Shown here: piece by piece, positions 20,781-30,302 of the stretch
How positions within the stretch are numbered: position 1 is the stretch's first letter
Layout of the letters: every line of letters begins with the position of its first letter
NCBI GenBank assembly: GCA_965197905.1
Contig: CBDAOB010000004.1
Location: forward strand, 288,001 to 352,000
Origin: Candidatus Latescibacterota bacterium
GTDB taxonomy: Bacteria; Latescibacterota; UBA2968; UBA8231
Direction: 5' to 3'
Length of the DNA: 64,000 nucleotides
The notes under the pieces: generated by a model
Told to the model about the DNA's origin: nothing
Seen by the model: only the letters and a program-made list of their open reading frames with translations
Database searches by the model: none
Position numbers and translations under genes: made by a program

Positions 20781-21554
20781 CTACTCTGGCGTGACGTACG
20801 CCGCAGTCAGACCGCCATCGACCTTGAACTCTGAACCGGTGATGTAGGATGATTCATCGGAGGCGAGAAACAACGCGGCCTGTGCCATCTCCGCGGCCTC
20901 GCCGAAACGGCCCGTGGGAAGGTGCACCAGGCGGCGCTCCTTCTTGGCGTCGGTGTCGAGGAACTTCATCAACAGCTCAGTGCGCAGCGGTCCAGGACAC
21001 AACGCGTTTACGCGGATCATTTCACGGGCGTGAACCATGGCAAGCTCCCGGGTCAGCGCTAGCACGCCTCCTTTGCTGGCGGTGTATGCCAACTGCGGCG
21101 TCGCGGCACCCATCAACGCGACGAACGAGGCCGTGTTGATGATCGAGCCGCCGCCGGCACGGCGCAGCGCGGGTATACCGAATTTGCAGCCGAGGAACAC
21201 CCCCTTCAGGTTCACCGCCATCGTTAGCTCCCACACCTCTTCGGAGGTGTTGACGGCATCTTCGTCACCGGGGTCCATGATGCCGGCGTTGTTGAACAGC
21301 ACCTGCAGCGCGCCGAACTCCTTCTCGGTCGCGGCCACCATCGCCTCGCAGTCGGCGGACCGGGATACATCGGCGTGCAGGTAGATGGCACGAGCATTCA
21401 TAGCCGTTATCCTGGAGACCGTCTCTTCGCCGCCAGCGTCGTTCATATCGACCGCGGCGACGGCGGCGCCCTCGCGCGCAAAGAGCAGCGCCGATTCGCG
21501 GCCGATGCCGCTGGCCGCTCCCGTTATCAATGCAACTTTACCTTCGAGTCTCAT
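20781..21554 (-). CDS. short-chain dehydrogenase/reductase
   Basis: TGAASGIG, NNAG, YTASK, LCPG. Confidence 0.93.
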   Translation of the reverse strand: MRLEGKVALITGAASGIGRESALLFAREGAAVAAVDMNDAGGEETVSRITAMNARAIYLHADVSRSADCEAMVAATEKEFGALQVLFNNAGIMDPGDEDAVNTSEEVWELTMAVNLKGVFLGCKFGIPALRRAGGGSIINTASFVALMGAATPQLAYTASKGGVLALTRELAMVHAREMIRVNALCPGPLRTELLMKFLDTDAKKERRLVHLPTGRFGEAAEMAQAALFLASDESSYITGSEFKVDGGLTAAYVTPE

Positions 21555-22426
21555 CAGGACATGTCGTCCGACTCCCAACGATCACAGACGGTGGCACACT
21601 CGGCGGCCACCTCTTGGGCAGTCAGGTCGGTGTTCTTGGACAACGCTTCCACCGTCCAAGCGCCGTCGAAGTTGATCTCCGTCAGGGCGGTACCCAATGC
21701 GGACCAGTCGATGACTCCGCGGCCGGGAACCCAGTGGCAATCCTTCTCCCCGTCCACATCCTGAAGGTGCAGGGCGCATAACCTCTCCGAAGCCACTCGC
21801 GCCTGGTTGGCCGGCTCCAACCCGCAAATGCGGGCGTGCCCCGTATCCAGACACAGCCCGACATGCTCCGGTGGAAACGGGGCGACGAAAGCGCGCAGCT
21901 CCTGCATCGTCATCAGCGGGCGGCAGGCCAATCCGGTGATCGGCAGATTCTCCAGGGCGATTTGCACCTGAGTTTCTCGCGCCACGTCTACCAACTCGGT
22001 TACAGAGCGATACGCATTTTCCATGGCGACACCGATGTTCTGCGGGGCGAACGGTTCCTCGTCGGGTCCCGGTCTGCCGGTGGGATGCACGATGGCGGTT
22101 TGCCCTCCCAGCTCGGCAAAGAACCGCAAGGTGTCGGCTATACGGCCAACACTGGTCCGCCGGACGTCCTCGTTGGAACTGGCGAGATTCACCTCTGACA
22201 TCGGCGTATGCAAAGTGCGAGGCGTGACCGCCGAACGCTCAATGGCCTGGCGAAACGGTTGCGGGTCAGGTGGGCTTCCAGTTTCCCAGAGTTCGCCCTC
22301 GGCCATAAGCTCGGTCTTGCCGAACCCGGCGGCGGCGATGGCGTCGAGCGCCGCATACGGATCGCCGTCCGGTCTGTTCTCCTTGCTGAAGACGAAAAGG
22401 GACGATGCTAGACTGAAAGTGGCCAC
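21554..22426 (-). CDS. sugar phosphate isomerase/epimerase (xylose isomerase-like TIM barrel)
   Basis: IALEN, CLDTGH, LHLQD, H.VPGRG.IDW, VE. GTG 22426 with AGGAG RBS. Confidence 0.88.
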   Translation of the reverse strand: MATFSLASSLFVFSKENRPDGDPYAALDAIAAAGFGKTELMAEGELWETGSPPDPQPFRQAIERSAVTPRTLHTPMSEVNLASSNEDVRRTSVGRIADTLRFFAELGGQTAIVHPTGRPGPDEEPFAPQNIGVAMENAYRSVTELVDVARETQVQIALENLPITGLACRPLMTMQELRAFVAPFPPEHVGLCLDTGHARICGLEPANQARVASERLCALHLQDVDGEKDCHWVPGRGVIDWSALGTALTEINFDGAWTVEALSKNTDLTAQEVAAECATVCDRWESDDMS

Positions 22427-22660
22427 GGAGAATCTCCTGTTTTTGACATCCCACACATTAAGAAATGGAACTTACCGAGGACCATATACAAGGTCAATTT
22501 TTGCATGGGGTGGCAAAAAACGATCTCGGCACTTTCTTCTATTGCGTCGCTTCCCATTGGAGTGGACCACGGTGCCGGCCCTGAACTGAATGTTGAAATC
22601 GTCGATCAAACCGTCACTGACCCTCGCCCTCGTCGCGTCGGGGACCATACTCGAAGAGGA

Positions 22661-24676
22661 ATGAGCCAACCGCCCCCGACCGATCCCGAGTCGACGCCCG
22701 CGCCGAAACCACCTGCAGTTGGTCGCGAAAACTCGGAGCACGCGCCGCCACTGATTACCCGGCGGGCGATCGTGCTCGGCATTCTCACCATCACCGGCAT
22801 GTTCTATTACATCGTCCAGGTGGGAGAGGGCCTCGGCGTTGCCCAGTTCGTGAAGGGGGAGCTGCCGATGGCGTTCTGGATGCCGTTCGTGATCTGGATC
22901 TTCCTCAACATCGGCATCAAACGGCTGTGGCCCCGCATCGCCTTGCGCCAGGGGGAGATGCTCACCCTGTTCGCGATGCTCTGGGTGGTGGGCACCATAC
23001 CGCAGCTGGGGTGGGCCAACTACTGGCTCTTCATCCTTACCGTGCCGACGGCGTTCGCCACCGTCGAGAACCAGTGGGCCGAAGCGTTCTTCGATTACAT
23101 GCCGTGGCACGTCTATCCGCCGGCCTCCACCGACTTCATGGATTATTTCTGGAACGGCCTGCCCGAGGGCATGGCGTTGCCATGGGACAGCTGGATGCCG
23201 GTGATGGCGCAATGGCTGAGTGTGAGCATGGGCATGCTGATCTTCGGGCTCTGCCTCTTAGTGGTGTTCAATCGGCAGTGGGTAGAGGCGGAGAAACTCT
23301 CCTTTCCGCTGGCGCAGATGCCGCAGGATCTTACCCGCGGTTTCGACGGCAAACGGCGCCTGCCCGACATCTTCTATACCCGGCTCTTCTGGGTGGGTTT
23401 TGCCCTGGTCTTCTTGCCCACCGCCTACAACATGATCACCTACTTCTCGCCGGGATTGCCCCAGGCGCGGCTCTACTGGGAACACTACAACCTGCAGATG
23501 GGTCCCCACGTGCCAAGAGGCATCTGGTTTCGCGTCATGCCGCTGGTGATCGCCATGACCTACCTCTGTCCGCTCGATATCATGGGTAGTCTGCTGGCGT
23601 TCTACGCACTGACGATTCCCAAGGAGTGGATCATGCGCCGGGTCGGGTTCTCGGCGGGCGCCCCCGACCAGGAGATCGGCCCGATCGAGGTCCTGTACAT
23701 GGAGAGTTACGGGGCGCTGATCTTCATCGCCTTCTGGTCGATCTGGCTGGCGCGCCGGCATTTGCGCGGCGTGTGGCACCAGGTGCGCTACGGCAGTGGC
23801 GATCGCAGGGACGTGCGCCTCTACCGCTGGGCGCTGGCGGGCATGGCGTTTTCGATGATCTACGTCGTTTCCTGGGCGGTGACTCTTGGGGTCAGCTTGC
23901 CGCTGGCGCTCCTCACCTTCGTTTTGATGGCGTTGGTCTACTTCGTCACCTCCAAATTGATCGCCGCCACTGGGTTTGCCTATCTTTTTCCCAACGATCC
24001 GCACCTGAAGGGTGAGACGTTTGTCATCGATCTCATCGGCACGACCAACTTGGAGAACCGGAACCTCGTCGCCTACAAGGTCTTCACTAGCAAGGCATTC
24101 TTCGGCGACCTGCGGCTGCAGGCGTGGCCGGCGGTGACCCACGTCCTGCGCATCTTTTCGCTACGGTTGCAACCGGCGTGGATCGCTGCTCTGGTGATCG
24201 TGGCGTATCCGGTCGGTTTCATCATCGGCATGGGGGCCACCATCGATCTCGCCTACGAGGTAGGTGGCGGCCCGATGGCTGGCGCGGCCACCCTGTTCGT
24301 GGCGGTCTACGACCGCACCGCCCATCTGTTGCTCAACCCGACCTCGCCTGATGTCGAGAAGACGTTACTATGGATCATGGGTTTTTTCGAAGCGGCCGGG
24401 ATCGCTTATCTGCGGGCGCGCTTCCACTGGTTCCCGATTCATCCCCTGGGGTTGGCGTTTCAGTACACCTTCGGTACCTGGCTCTACTGGTTCAGCCTTT
24501 TCCTGGTCTGGTGTGCCAAGCTGGCGGTGCTGCGTATAGGTGGCGTGCAGGCGTTTCTTACCGGGAAACCACTGTTCTACGGTCTCGCTATCGGATACGT
24601 GGTGGGTGTGACCATCTCCGGATTGGTGGATCTGGCCTGGTTCCCCTCCGAAGCCCATCGAGTGCACGACTGGTAG
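22661..24676 (+). CDS. DUF6785/DUF6784-like polytopic membrane protein (putative transporter)
   Basis: About 670 aa, many TM helices, QWVEAEKLSFPLAQ and RFHWFPIHPLG motifs. Family assignment from memory. Confidence 0.7.
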   Translation: MSQPPPTDPESTPAPKPPAVGRENSEHAPPLITRRAIVLGILTITGMFYYIVQVGEGLGVAQFVKGELPMAFWMPFVIWIFLNIGIKRLWPRIALRQGEMLTLFAMLWVVGTIPQLGWANYWLFILTVPTAFATVENQWAEAFFDYMPWHVYPPASTDFMDYFWNGLPEGMALPWDSWMPVMAQWLSVSMGMLIFGLCLLVVFNRQWVEAEKLSFPLAQMPQDLTRGFDGKRRLPDIFYTRLFWVGFALVFLPTAYNMITYFSPGLPQARLYWEHYNLQMGPHVPRGIWFRVMPLVIAMTYLCPLDIMGSLLAFYALTIPKEWIMRRVGFSAGAPDQEIGPIEVLYMESYGALIFIAFWSIWLARRHLRGVWHQVRYGSGDRRDVRLYRWALAGMAFSMIYVVSWAVTLGVSLPLALLTFVLMALVYFVTSKLIAATGFAYLFPNDPHLKGETFVIDLIGTTNLENRNLVAYKVFTSKAFFGDLRLQAWPAVTHVLRIFSLRLQPAWIAALVIVAYPVGFIIGMGATIDLAYEVGGGPMAGAATLFVAVYDRTAHLLLNPTSPDVEKTLLWIMGFFEAAGIAYLRARFHWFPIHPLGLAFQYTFGTWLYWFSLFLVWCAKLAVLRIGGVQAFLTGKPLFYGLAIGYVVGVTISGLVDLAWFPSEAHRVHDW

Positions 24677-24725
24677 CATCCGCTAACGGCAGGATGTCAC
24701 CGTCCTAAAAATCTGGAGACTAAAA

Positions 24726-25715
24726 ATGGAGACGTATCCGTTTATACAGGTTGGTGTCGCCAACCGCGGCGCCAACATTCTCGATGACCTGCTGGAGGGT
24801 TATGCGGACCGTTTCAAACCGCTCGCGCTCGTCGATGCAATGCCGGAGTATCTCACCGAAGCGAAGCAAAAGTCGGGTCTGGAGAACATTGCCACCTACC
24901 AACATTTAAACGAATCCGTAGCGGCGCAGCCGAACGCCGAAGTCGTCGTGATCGTAACGCCGGCACGATTCCACTATGCGCTGGTCAAGGAGGCGCTGGA
25001 GGCAGGCAAGCATGTCTGGGTGGAAAAACCGCTGACCTACAGCTATTCCGAAGCGGTCGAGCTGGAGGCGCTCGCCAAAAAGCAAGGCAGGGCGGTCGTG
25101 ATCGGGAACCAGTATCAGTACGGCCTGATGGAGAGGCAGCTGCAGCGGCTGGTGCTGAGCGGCGACTACGGGAAACCTTATCTGCTGATGTACAACCATC
25201 ACCGCCATCGCCCTGTGATGCGGGCCTTCACCGGCGAATATCCGGCGCTGTGGGAGCAGGGAGTCCACTCCCTCGATTCGATGCTCGCCATTCTCGGCCA
25301 TCCCGACCTGAAGAGTGTCTATGCGCTGGGACAGAAACCACAGCACTCGAACTACAACAGCGATACCATGACCAATGTTCTGACCGAGTTTACTAACGGT
25401 GTTCAAGCCCATCTCCTGGTCACCTTCGACTCGCAGAGCAACGACTGCGTGATTCGCGTGGAGTGCAGCGAGGCTGCGTTACAGCTGGTGAAGAGCAAGG
25501 GCGAGATAGAAGTGCTGGTCGAAGATGAGGTCCGGGAAACGGTGGGTCCGGCCGAGGATATCGATCCGGCCATCTGCGATCCCTACATGGCTCTGTACAC
25601 CTCCATAACCACGGACCGCGTCACACCGACGGCGATAGAAGTTAATCTGAAAACGATCCAGTGGATCGATGCGGCGGTGCGTTCCTTGGACACCCGATCG
25701 ATCATCAGTTTGTGA
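24726..25715 (+). CDS. Gfo/Idh/MocA family oxidoreductase
   Basis: TPARFH, GKHVWVEKP, EQGVHSLD. Confidence 0.88.
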   Translation: METYPFIQVGVANRGANILDDLLEGYADRFKPLALVDAMPEYLTEAKQKSGLENIATYQHLNESVAAQPNAEVVVIVTPARFHYALVKEALEAGKHVWVEKPLTYSYSEAVELEALAKKQGRAVVIGNQYQYGLMERQLQRLVLSGDYGKPYLLMYNHHRHRPVMRAFTGEYPALWEQGVHSLDSMLAILGHPDLKSVYALGQKPQHSNYNSDTMTNVLTEFTNGVQAHLLVTFDSQSNDCVIRVECSEAALQLVKSKGEIEVLVEDEVRETVGPAEDIDPAICDPYMALYTSITTDRVTPTAIEVNLKTIQWIDAAVRSLDTRSIISL

Positions 25716-25761
25716 GGGTCCGGTTCCGGTCCCAACGGCGGCAGTCCTCGCCCGCAGGGGC

Positions 25762-26565
25762 TTAGTCGTTCACCGAGCTAAACCGAAAGACCTGCTGCGT
25801 CCTTTCAGGAATGTCATTCCAGACCTCCTGGCGAAACCCCATTGTTTGGTGTTGGCCGTGGAATGCACGGCGGTAGACCAGCGATAGCATGGTCCGGACC
25901 TTCTTGGTCTTGTTGGGCATGCCCCGGTGCCACATTCGCCCATCACGCAACACGATGCTCCCCATCGGCGCCAGCATTCTGCACGAGGTCCGTTCGCCCG
26001 TTATTGAATCAAAGTTACGGATGTCCCCGAGATATGGTCCCGGATAAAGGTGAGTACCCGGCCAGAGCTCGGTGGCACCAGTCTTCTCATTGAAAGAGAC
26101 CAGGGGAATGCTGGCCGTCAAAGCCGACGGGGGCAGCGCATACGGGAGATTCTCGAACAGCGGATCGTGGTCGCGGTGAGCATGCTGCGCCCGTGAACCG
26201 GGCCATGAGTTGTTGGTATTGTACGCAGCGCAGAAGAAATCGGACCCGAGTACCTGATCCAGAATCGGCACGACGAACGGATTCGTCACCACCTTCGGGT
26301 CCATGAACGGCATCTCCTTGGGCACCCGCACGCCGAAGATCCCCTGGCCTTTGCCGAATGCGTGGGGTCTCTTTGTAGCCCTCGGAATTGCCCTGAAATG
26401 CTGCTGGTGCACCGCATCCATGGCGGCGCGAATCTCCTTCAAGAGCGCTGTTGGCATCACACCCTCCAGCACTACATAGCCCTCCTCGTCGAGCTTGGTC
26501 ACACAGTGCTCGAGTCGTGTCTTCGTCAGCTTTCCGCGCTTCAATTCCTGAGGCGTCGGTTTCAT
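25762..26565 (-). CDS. PhyH family dioxygenase
   Basis: EEGYVVLEG, AHRD, GATELWPGTH, RDGRMWHRGMPN. Start at 26565 or 26574. Confidence 0.88.
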   Translation of the reverse strand: MKPTPQELKRGKLTKTRLEHCVTKLDEEGYVVLEGVMPTALLKEIRAAMDAVHQQHFRAIPRATKRPHAFGKGQGIFGVRVPKEMPFMDPKVVTNPFVVPILDQVLGSDFFCAAYNTNNSWPGSRAQHAHRDHDPLFENLPYALPPSALTASIPLVSFNEKTGATELWPGTHLYPGPYLGDIRNFDSITGERTSCRMLAPMGSIVLRDGRMWHRGMPNKTKKVRTMLSLVYRRAFHGQHQTMGFRQEVWNDIPERTQQVFRFSSVND

Positions 26566-26749
26566 AACAGGCATTACTCCTCGCGGTTCTGCGCCTAGGC
26601 GACCGCACTCGATGGATGGCCACTCCCACAGCAATAGGGATTGATTGTCCTCGCTAGGCGACACACTAATAACTGCTGTCACCCCTAGAATTCAATAGCA
26701 GGGAGATGGATTTCGAAGACAGAGCGGCAGCGCCGTCGTCAAGCGCCGC

Positions 26750-28684
26750 TTACCACCGGTGCAACCGGTGACCCTCCACTGGAAACCACACTACGTCGAC
26801 GGCGGCACCGATAGCAACGCCAATTACGTACCCAATCCCCAGACCGTAGAAGAAGGGTTTGCCCGCCACATAAGCGCGAACCCCGCCGTAGCGCATTAGC
26901 AGTAGCTTGACGATCCAAACAATGGCGAGGGTGGACCAGTAGAGGTCCGGGCCAAAGGTTCCCTGAAAGGCAAGCCCCACCGGATGCAGCGGAAACCAGT
27001 GAAACCGGGCGCGCAGGAACGTCAGGACGGCGGCCTCGACCCAACCAATGGTAAAGATGCCGATCTTGCCCCAGTCCCAGACTGTCAGATTCCTCAACCA
27101 GTAGACCAGCGGATCCCAGAACACGCCCGTGATCCAGCTTTCCGTCCTCATGGAGTAGCTGGTCCGCAGATAGCCACCCTCAATGGAACCCAGGGCAGCC
27201 GCCAGAAAACCGGTCGCGAAAGCTCCCGCGACGACGGTAGGCGCCCAACCCCACTGGTCCCGCAGCGAGAAAACCCGCAGGTGGTGGGTCAGGGCCGGCC
27301 ACACGGGAATGACGAAGGTTCCGAAGAAGGCGCGGCTGGTGAACAGCCTGAAGGCAGTAATGCTACGATGGGACAGGTGGCTGGTACCTATGAGATCTAC
27401 TATAACGGGCGCCCCCTTGAGAAACGGGCGCAGCGGCATCAAGTAGGCGAAACCCGTAGCCGCAATCAGTTTTGACGTGGCGAAGAAGGTCAGTGACATG
27501 AGGACGAAGGTTGCTGCCGCCAGAACCGGTGGCATTCCCAGGCTCGTGCCCCAGCCGACGATGTAGACAGCGGACAGGATCAAGCCGGCCCAGGCCACCC
27601 GGTAGATTCCGGCCATCCTTTTGTCACCGGTACCGCCGCGCGCCAGGCGCCAGGTCGTTCGCAGATGCCGGCGGGCCGCCCATACAGCCCAGAAGGCGAT
27701 AAACATCAAGGCGCCGTAGCTCTCCATGAAGAGAATCCTCTCGCCGACGATCTGTTGCCCTTCTTCACCAACCCCGAGGCCCAGCCCATTGATCGCTCCA
27801 CCCTTCAGCGTACTCAACAGTCGGAAGAGAACGAGGCTTCCGAGAATGTCCACCGGACACAGATAGGTGAAGGTCATGACGATCGGCATGTAGCGCAGTT
27901 TGATAGATGCCCATTCACCAAGGTTCACACGCATATAGCGAGTCAGAAACTGGAACTCTAAAAGACCGGGGGTGAAAAAGGTGACGATGTTGTAGAGGAT
28001 CGGCACGATGGCTACGGCGAATCCGATCCAGAAAAGGTAGGTGTAAAACAGTGCGGGAAGCGCTTTGTCTTGCCGTCCTCGAAGCAGATCCACAGGCACT
28101 TGGGCAAGTGGAAACGTCAGTTTTTCGTGCTGCTCCCACTGACGCTGGAAGAGTACTGTGACGCAGAATCCGAAGATCACCATCGCCATGGAAACGCCGA
28201 ACCACTGCGCCAGAGGGCCGGTCCACGCCTCCCACGGCACGCCGGCTCCCTGGCGTAGCCCGAGAAAGAACGGATCAATGACACGCTCCGTTGCTGTCGG
28301 GAATAGATGCCATGGCAGATAATCGAAGAACGCCTCGGCATATCCGTTCTCGTGCGACGCGTAATATGTGGGCGAGGCCAGGATCAGAGCCCAGTAGCCC
28401 AGCCAGATCGGCACCCCGCCCACGACCCAGAGCATGATCAGGATGGTGAGCAGCTCGCCCTTGCGCAGTGCCAGGGCGGGGACAATCAGTTTGAGCAGGA
28501 TGTTGAGGAAGAGCCAGAGGACGAACGGGATGAATACCGCCATCGGGAACTGCGACATGGCGAAGTGGCCCGATACGGAGACCCGTTTGATGAAATAGAA
28601 CGTGGCCGCGATCGTGAGCAGACCAAGAACGAAACCGCGCAGGGTTATTCGCGGCTGGCCGTTTTCCCTTGTGGTCTGAGTCAT
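26750..28684 (-). CDS. DUF6785/DUF6784-like polytopic membrane protein (paralog of 22661-24676)
   Basis: QWEQHEKLTFPLAQ, RFHWFPLHPVG, same C-terminus pattern (DVVWFP...H.W). Confidence 0.7.
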   Translation of the reverse strand: MTQTTRENGQPRITLRGFVLGLLTIAATFYFIKRVSVSGHFAMSQFPMAVFIPFVLWLFLNILLKLIVPALALRKGELLTILIMLWVVGGVPIWLGYWALILASPTYYASHENGYAEAFFDYLPWHLFPTATERVIDPFFLGLRQGAGVPWEAWTGPLAQWFGVSMAMVIFGFCVTVLFQRQWEQHEKLTFPLAQVPVDLLRGRQDKALPALFYTYLFWIGFAVAIVPILYNIVTFFTPGLLEFQFLTRYMRVNLGEWASIKLRYMPIVMTFTYLCPVDILGSLVLFRLLSTLKGGAINGLGLGVGEEGQQIVGERILFMESYGALMFIAFWAVWAARRHLRTTWRLARGGTGDKRMAGIYRVAWAGLILSAVYIVGWGTSLGMPPVLAAATFVLMSLTFFATSKLIAATGFAYLMPLRPFLKGAPVIVDLIGTSHLSHRSITAFRLFTSRAFFGTFVIPVWPALTHHLRVFSLRDQWGWAPTVVAGAFATGFLAAALGSIEGGYLRTSYSMRTESWITGVFWDPLVYWLRNLTVWDWGKIGIFTIGWVEAAVLTFLRARFHWFPLHPVGLAFQGTFGPDLYWSTLAIVWIVKLLLMRYGGVRAYVAGKPFFYGLGIGYVIGVAIGAAVDVVWFPVEGHRLHRW

Positions 28685-28769
28685 CGCCGAATCCCCGGTA
28701 GGCACGGATCGAAACTGGAACGTTGGATTGGAGAGGTCTCGAGGATTGTGTGTAAGCTTACGTGTTAAG

Positions 28770-29570
28770 TCAGAATTCCAAGACGCACAAACCCAACAGC
28801 ACCGGCACCCCGTCGACGGCCAAAGCGTATTTCAGGCGCCCGCTGCGAGCGGGCAGCAATCGTGCATAGGCGGCGGTTATCAAGGCCGCCGTGATGAGCG
28901 GCACTCGAAGCCCAGCCCCGGCGACTGCCGCCGCCAGAGCGACCCCAAGGCAGAGCGTCAGGCACAACCGGCGCGTCCCGGCCACTCCCAGTATGACCGG
29001 CACGGTGTGAATGCCGGCGCGCGCGTCGTCTACTCGGTCCCGCAGATCGAAGAAGCAGACATTGCACAGCACCAGGCCGAACAGGAAAACAGCCATCATG
29101 GCGATTCGTGACCCGGCGGGCAGGATCTCTTGTGCCGGCCACACCCATAAAACCGGTACGGCTACGGCCGCAGTTGTCAGGGAAGCGGCCACAAAGAACG
29201 GTTTTACACCCGCAAGCTCGCGTAGTCGACGACCACGAATCGGTGCACCATAAAGCAAGGCGGGAACCGCACCCAGGGCGACGACAATAACTGCCACGGT
29301 GGGTGCAGAAAGCAGCTGGACGCCCAAGCTCAGGAAACCAATGGCCAGGGTGTACCATCGCACGGGTTGGGCGCGCATGCGTCCGTCAAAGAAATCGTCG
29401 ACGGCGTAGATCAGTAACGTCGCGCTGAACACGATGCCCGCAGCTGACATCCCCGTCGAAAGTCCCAAGGCGGTGGCGGCAAACAGGGTCAGACCGGCGG
29501 CCGCCGCCGACACCCACAGATGGGTGTCCACCAGCCCCCGTTCCAAGACCCGGTGCACCTTGCTTTTCAT
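28770..29570 (-). CDS. UbiA-family prenyltransferase
   Basis: Membrane protein with Asp-rich motifs YAVDDFFD and FDLRDRVDDARAGIHTVP. Confidence 0.75.
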   Translation of the reverse strand: MKSKVHRVLERGLVDTHLWVSAAAAGLTLFAATALGLSTGMSAAGIVFSATLLIYAVDDFFDGRMRAQPVRWYTLAIGFLSLGVQLLSAPTVAVIVVALGAVPALLYGAPIRGRRLRELAGVKPFFVAASLTTAAVAVPVLWVWPAQEILPAGSRIAMMAVFLFGLVLCNVCFFDLRDRVDDARAGIHTVPVILGVAGTRRLCLTLCLGVALAAAVAGAGLRVPLITAALITAAYARLLPARSGRLKYALAVDGVPVLLGLCVLEF

Positions 29571-30280
29571 GACGGCTCCGGCTTCCTCTCCGCCACGAGC
29601 CCTTCAATCCAGCGCGGCCCGACGCCAAACAGGCCGAAGCGTCGACGTTCGCTTACCAAAAATCCCGCAGTCGCCAGGTGACCCGGCAGGTCGTGCACCG
29701 CATGTATTGCGTTGGCCCCGAAGCGCGCGAAGAAACGCATGGGTAGATCGTGATAAGCCTTTTGCAGTGGATGTCGTCCACCGTCCAAGGGCGCGAAATC
29801 ACCGACGATGAGGCGGCCCCCGGGCCTCAGGTGACCGGCCAAGGTTTCGAGCACTTGCGGGAGCTGGGTTGGCGCGAAAACGTTCAGGAAGAACTGTGCG
29901 ACGACGGCGTCATAACATCCCGTTTTAGGCAGCTGCAACAGATCGTCGTGCACCAAATCGACGGCATGATCGACGCCCGCCCGACGCAGGCGGTGCCGTG
30001 CGCTCTGGATCATGGCGCGGCAGCTGTCCACCGCCGTTACTGACAGACCCGCTTGTGCCGCCCAAGGCAGATCGGCGCCAGGGCCGGGTCCGGCGAACAA
30101 CACCCGCGAGCCGGTGGGAAGGCGCTCTACCGCCCAGCGTTGGCACGCAGGGATCGCGCCCCCGCTGTAGCAGCGAGCCATTGATGCGTAGAGCGGAGCG
30201 AAAGGTCCGTAGGTTGAGCGTGCCGGCGTAGCGGAAGTGTGGGACATGCACACAAGATCGTACTTGAACCGCGTACTCAC
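29567..30280 (-). CDS. class I SAM-dependent methyltransferase
   Basis: VLFAGPGPG, VTAVD, YDAVVAQFFL, LRPGGRLIVGDF. ATGA overlap with the UbiA gene. Confidence 0.85.
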   Translation of the reverse strand: MSTRFKYDLVCMSHTSATPARSTYGPFAPLYASMARCYSGGAIPACQRWAVERLPTGSRVLFAGPGPGADLPWAAQAGLSVTAVDSCRAMIQSARHRLRRAGVDHAVDLVHDDLLQLPKTGCYDAVVAQFFLNVFAPTQLPQVLETLAGHLRPGGRLIVGDFAPLDGGRHPLQKAYHDLPMRFFARFGANAIHAVHDLPGHLATAGFLVSERRRFGLFGVGPRWIEGLVAERKPEPS

Positions 30281-30302
30281 CAGATCCCTAGTTGTGTCTC
30301 GC

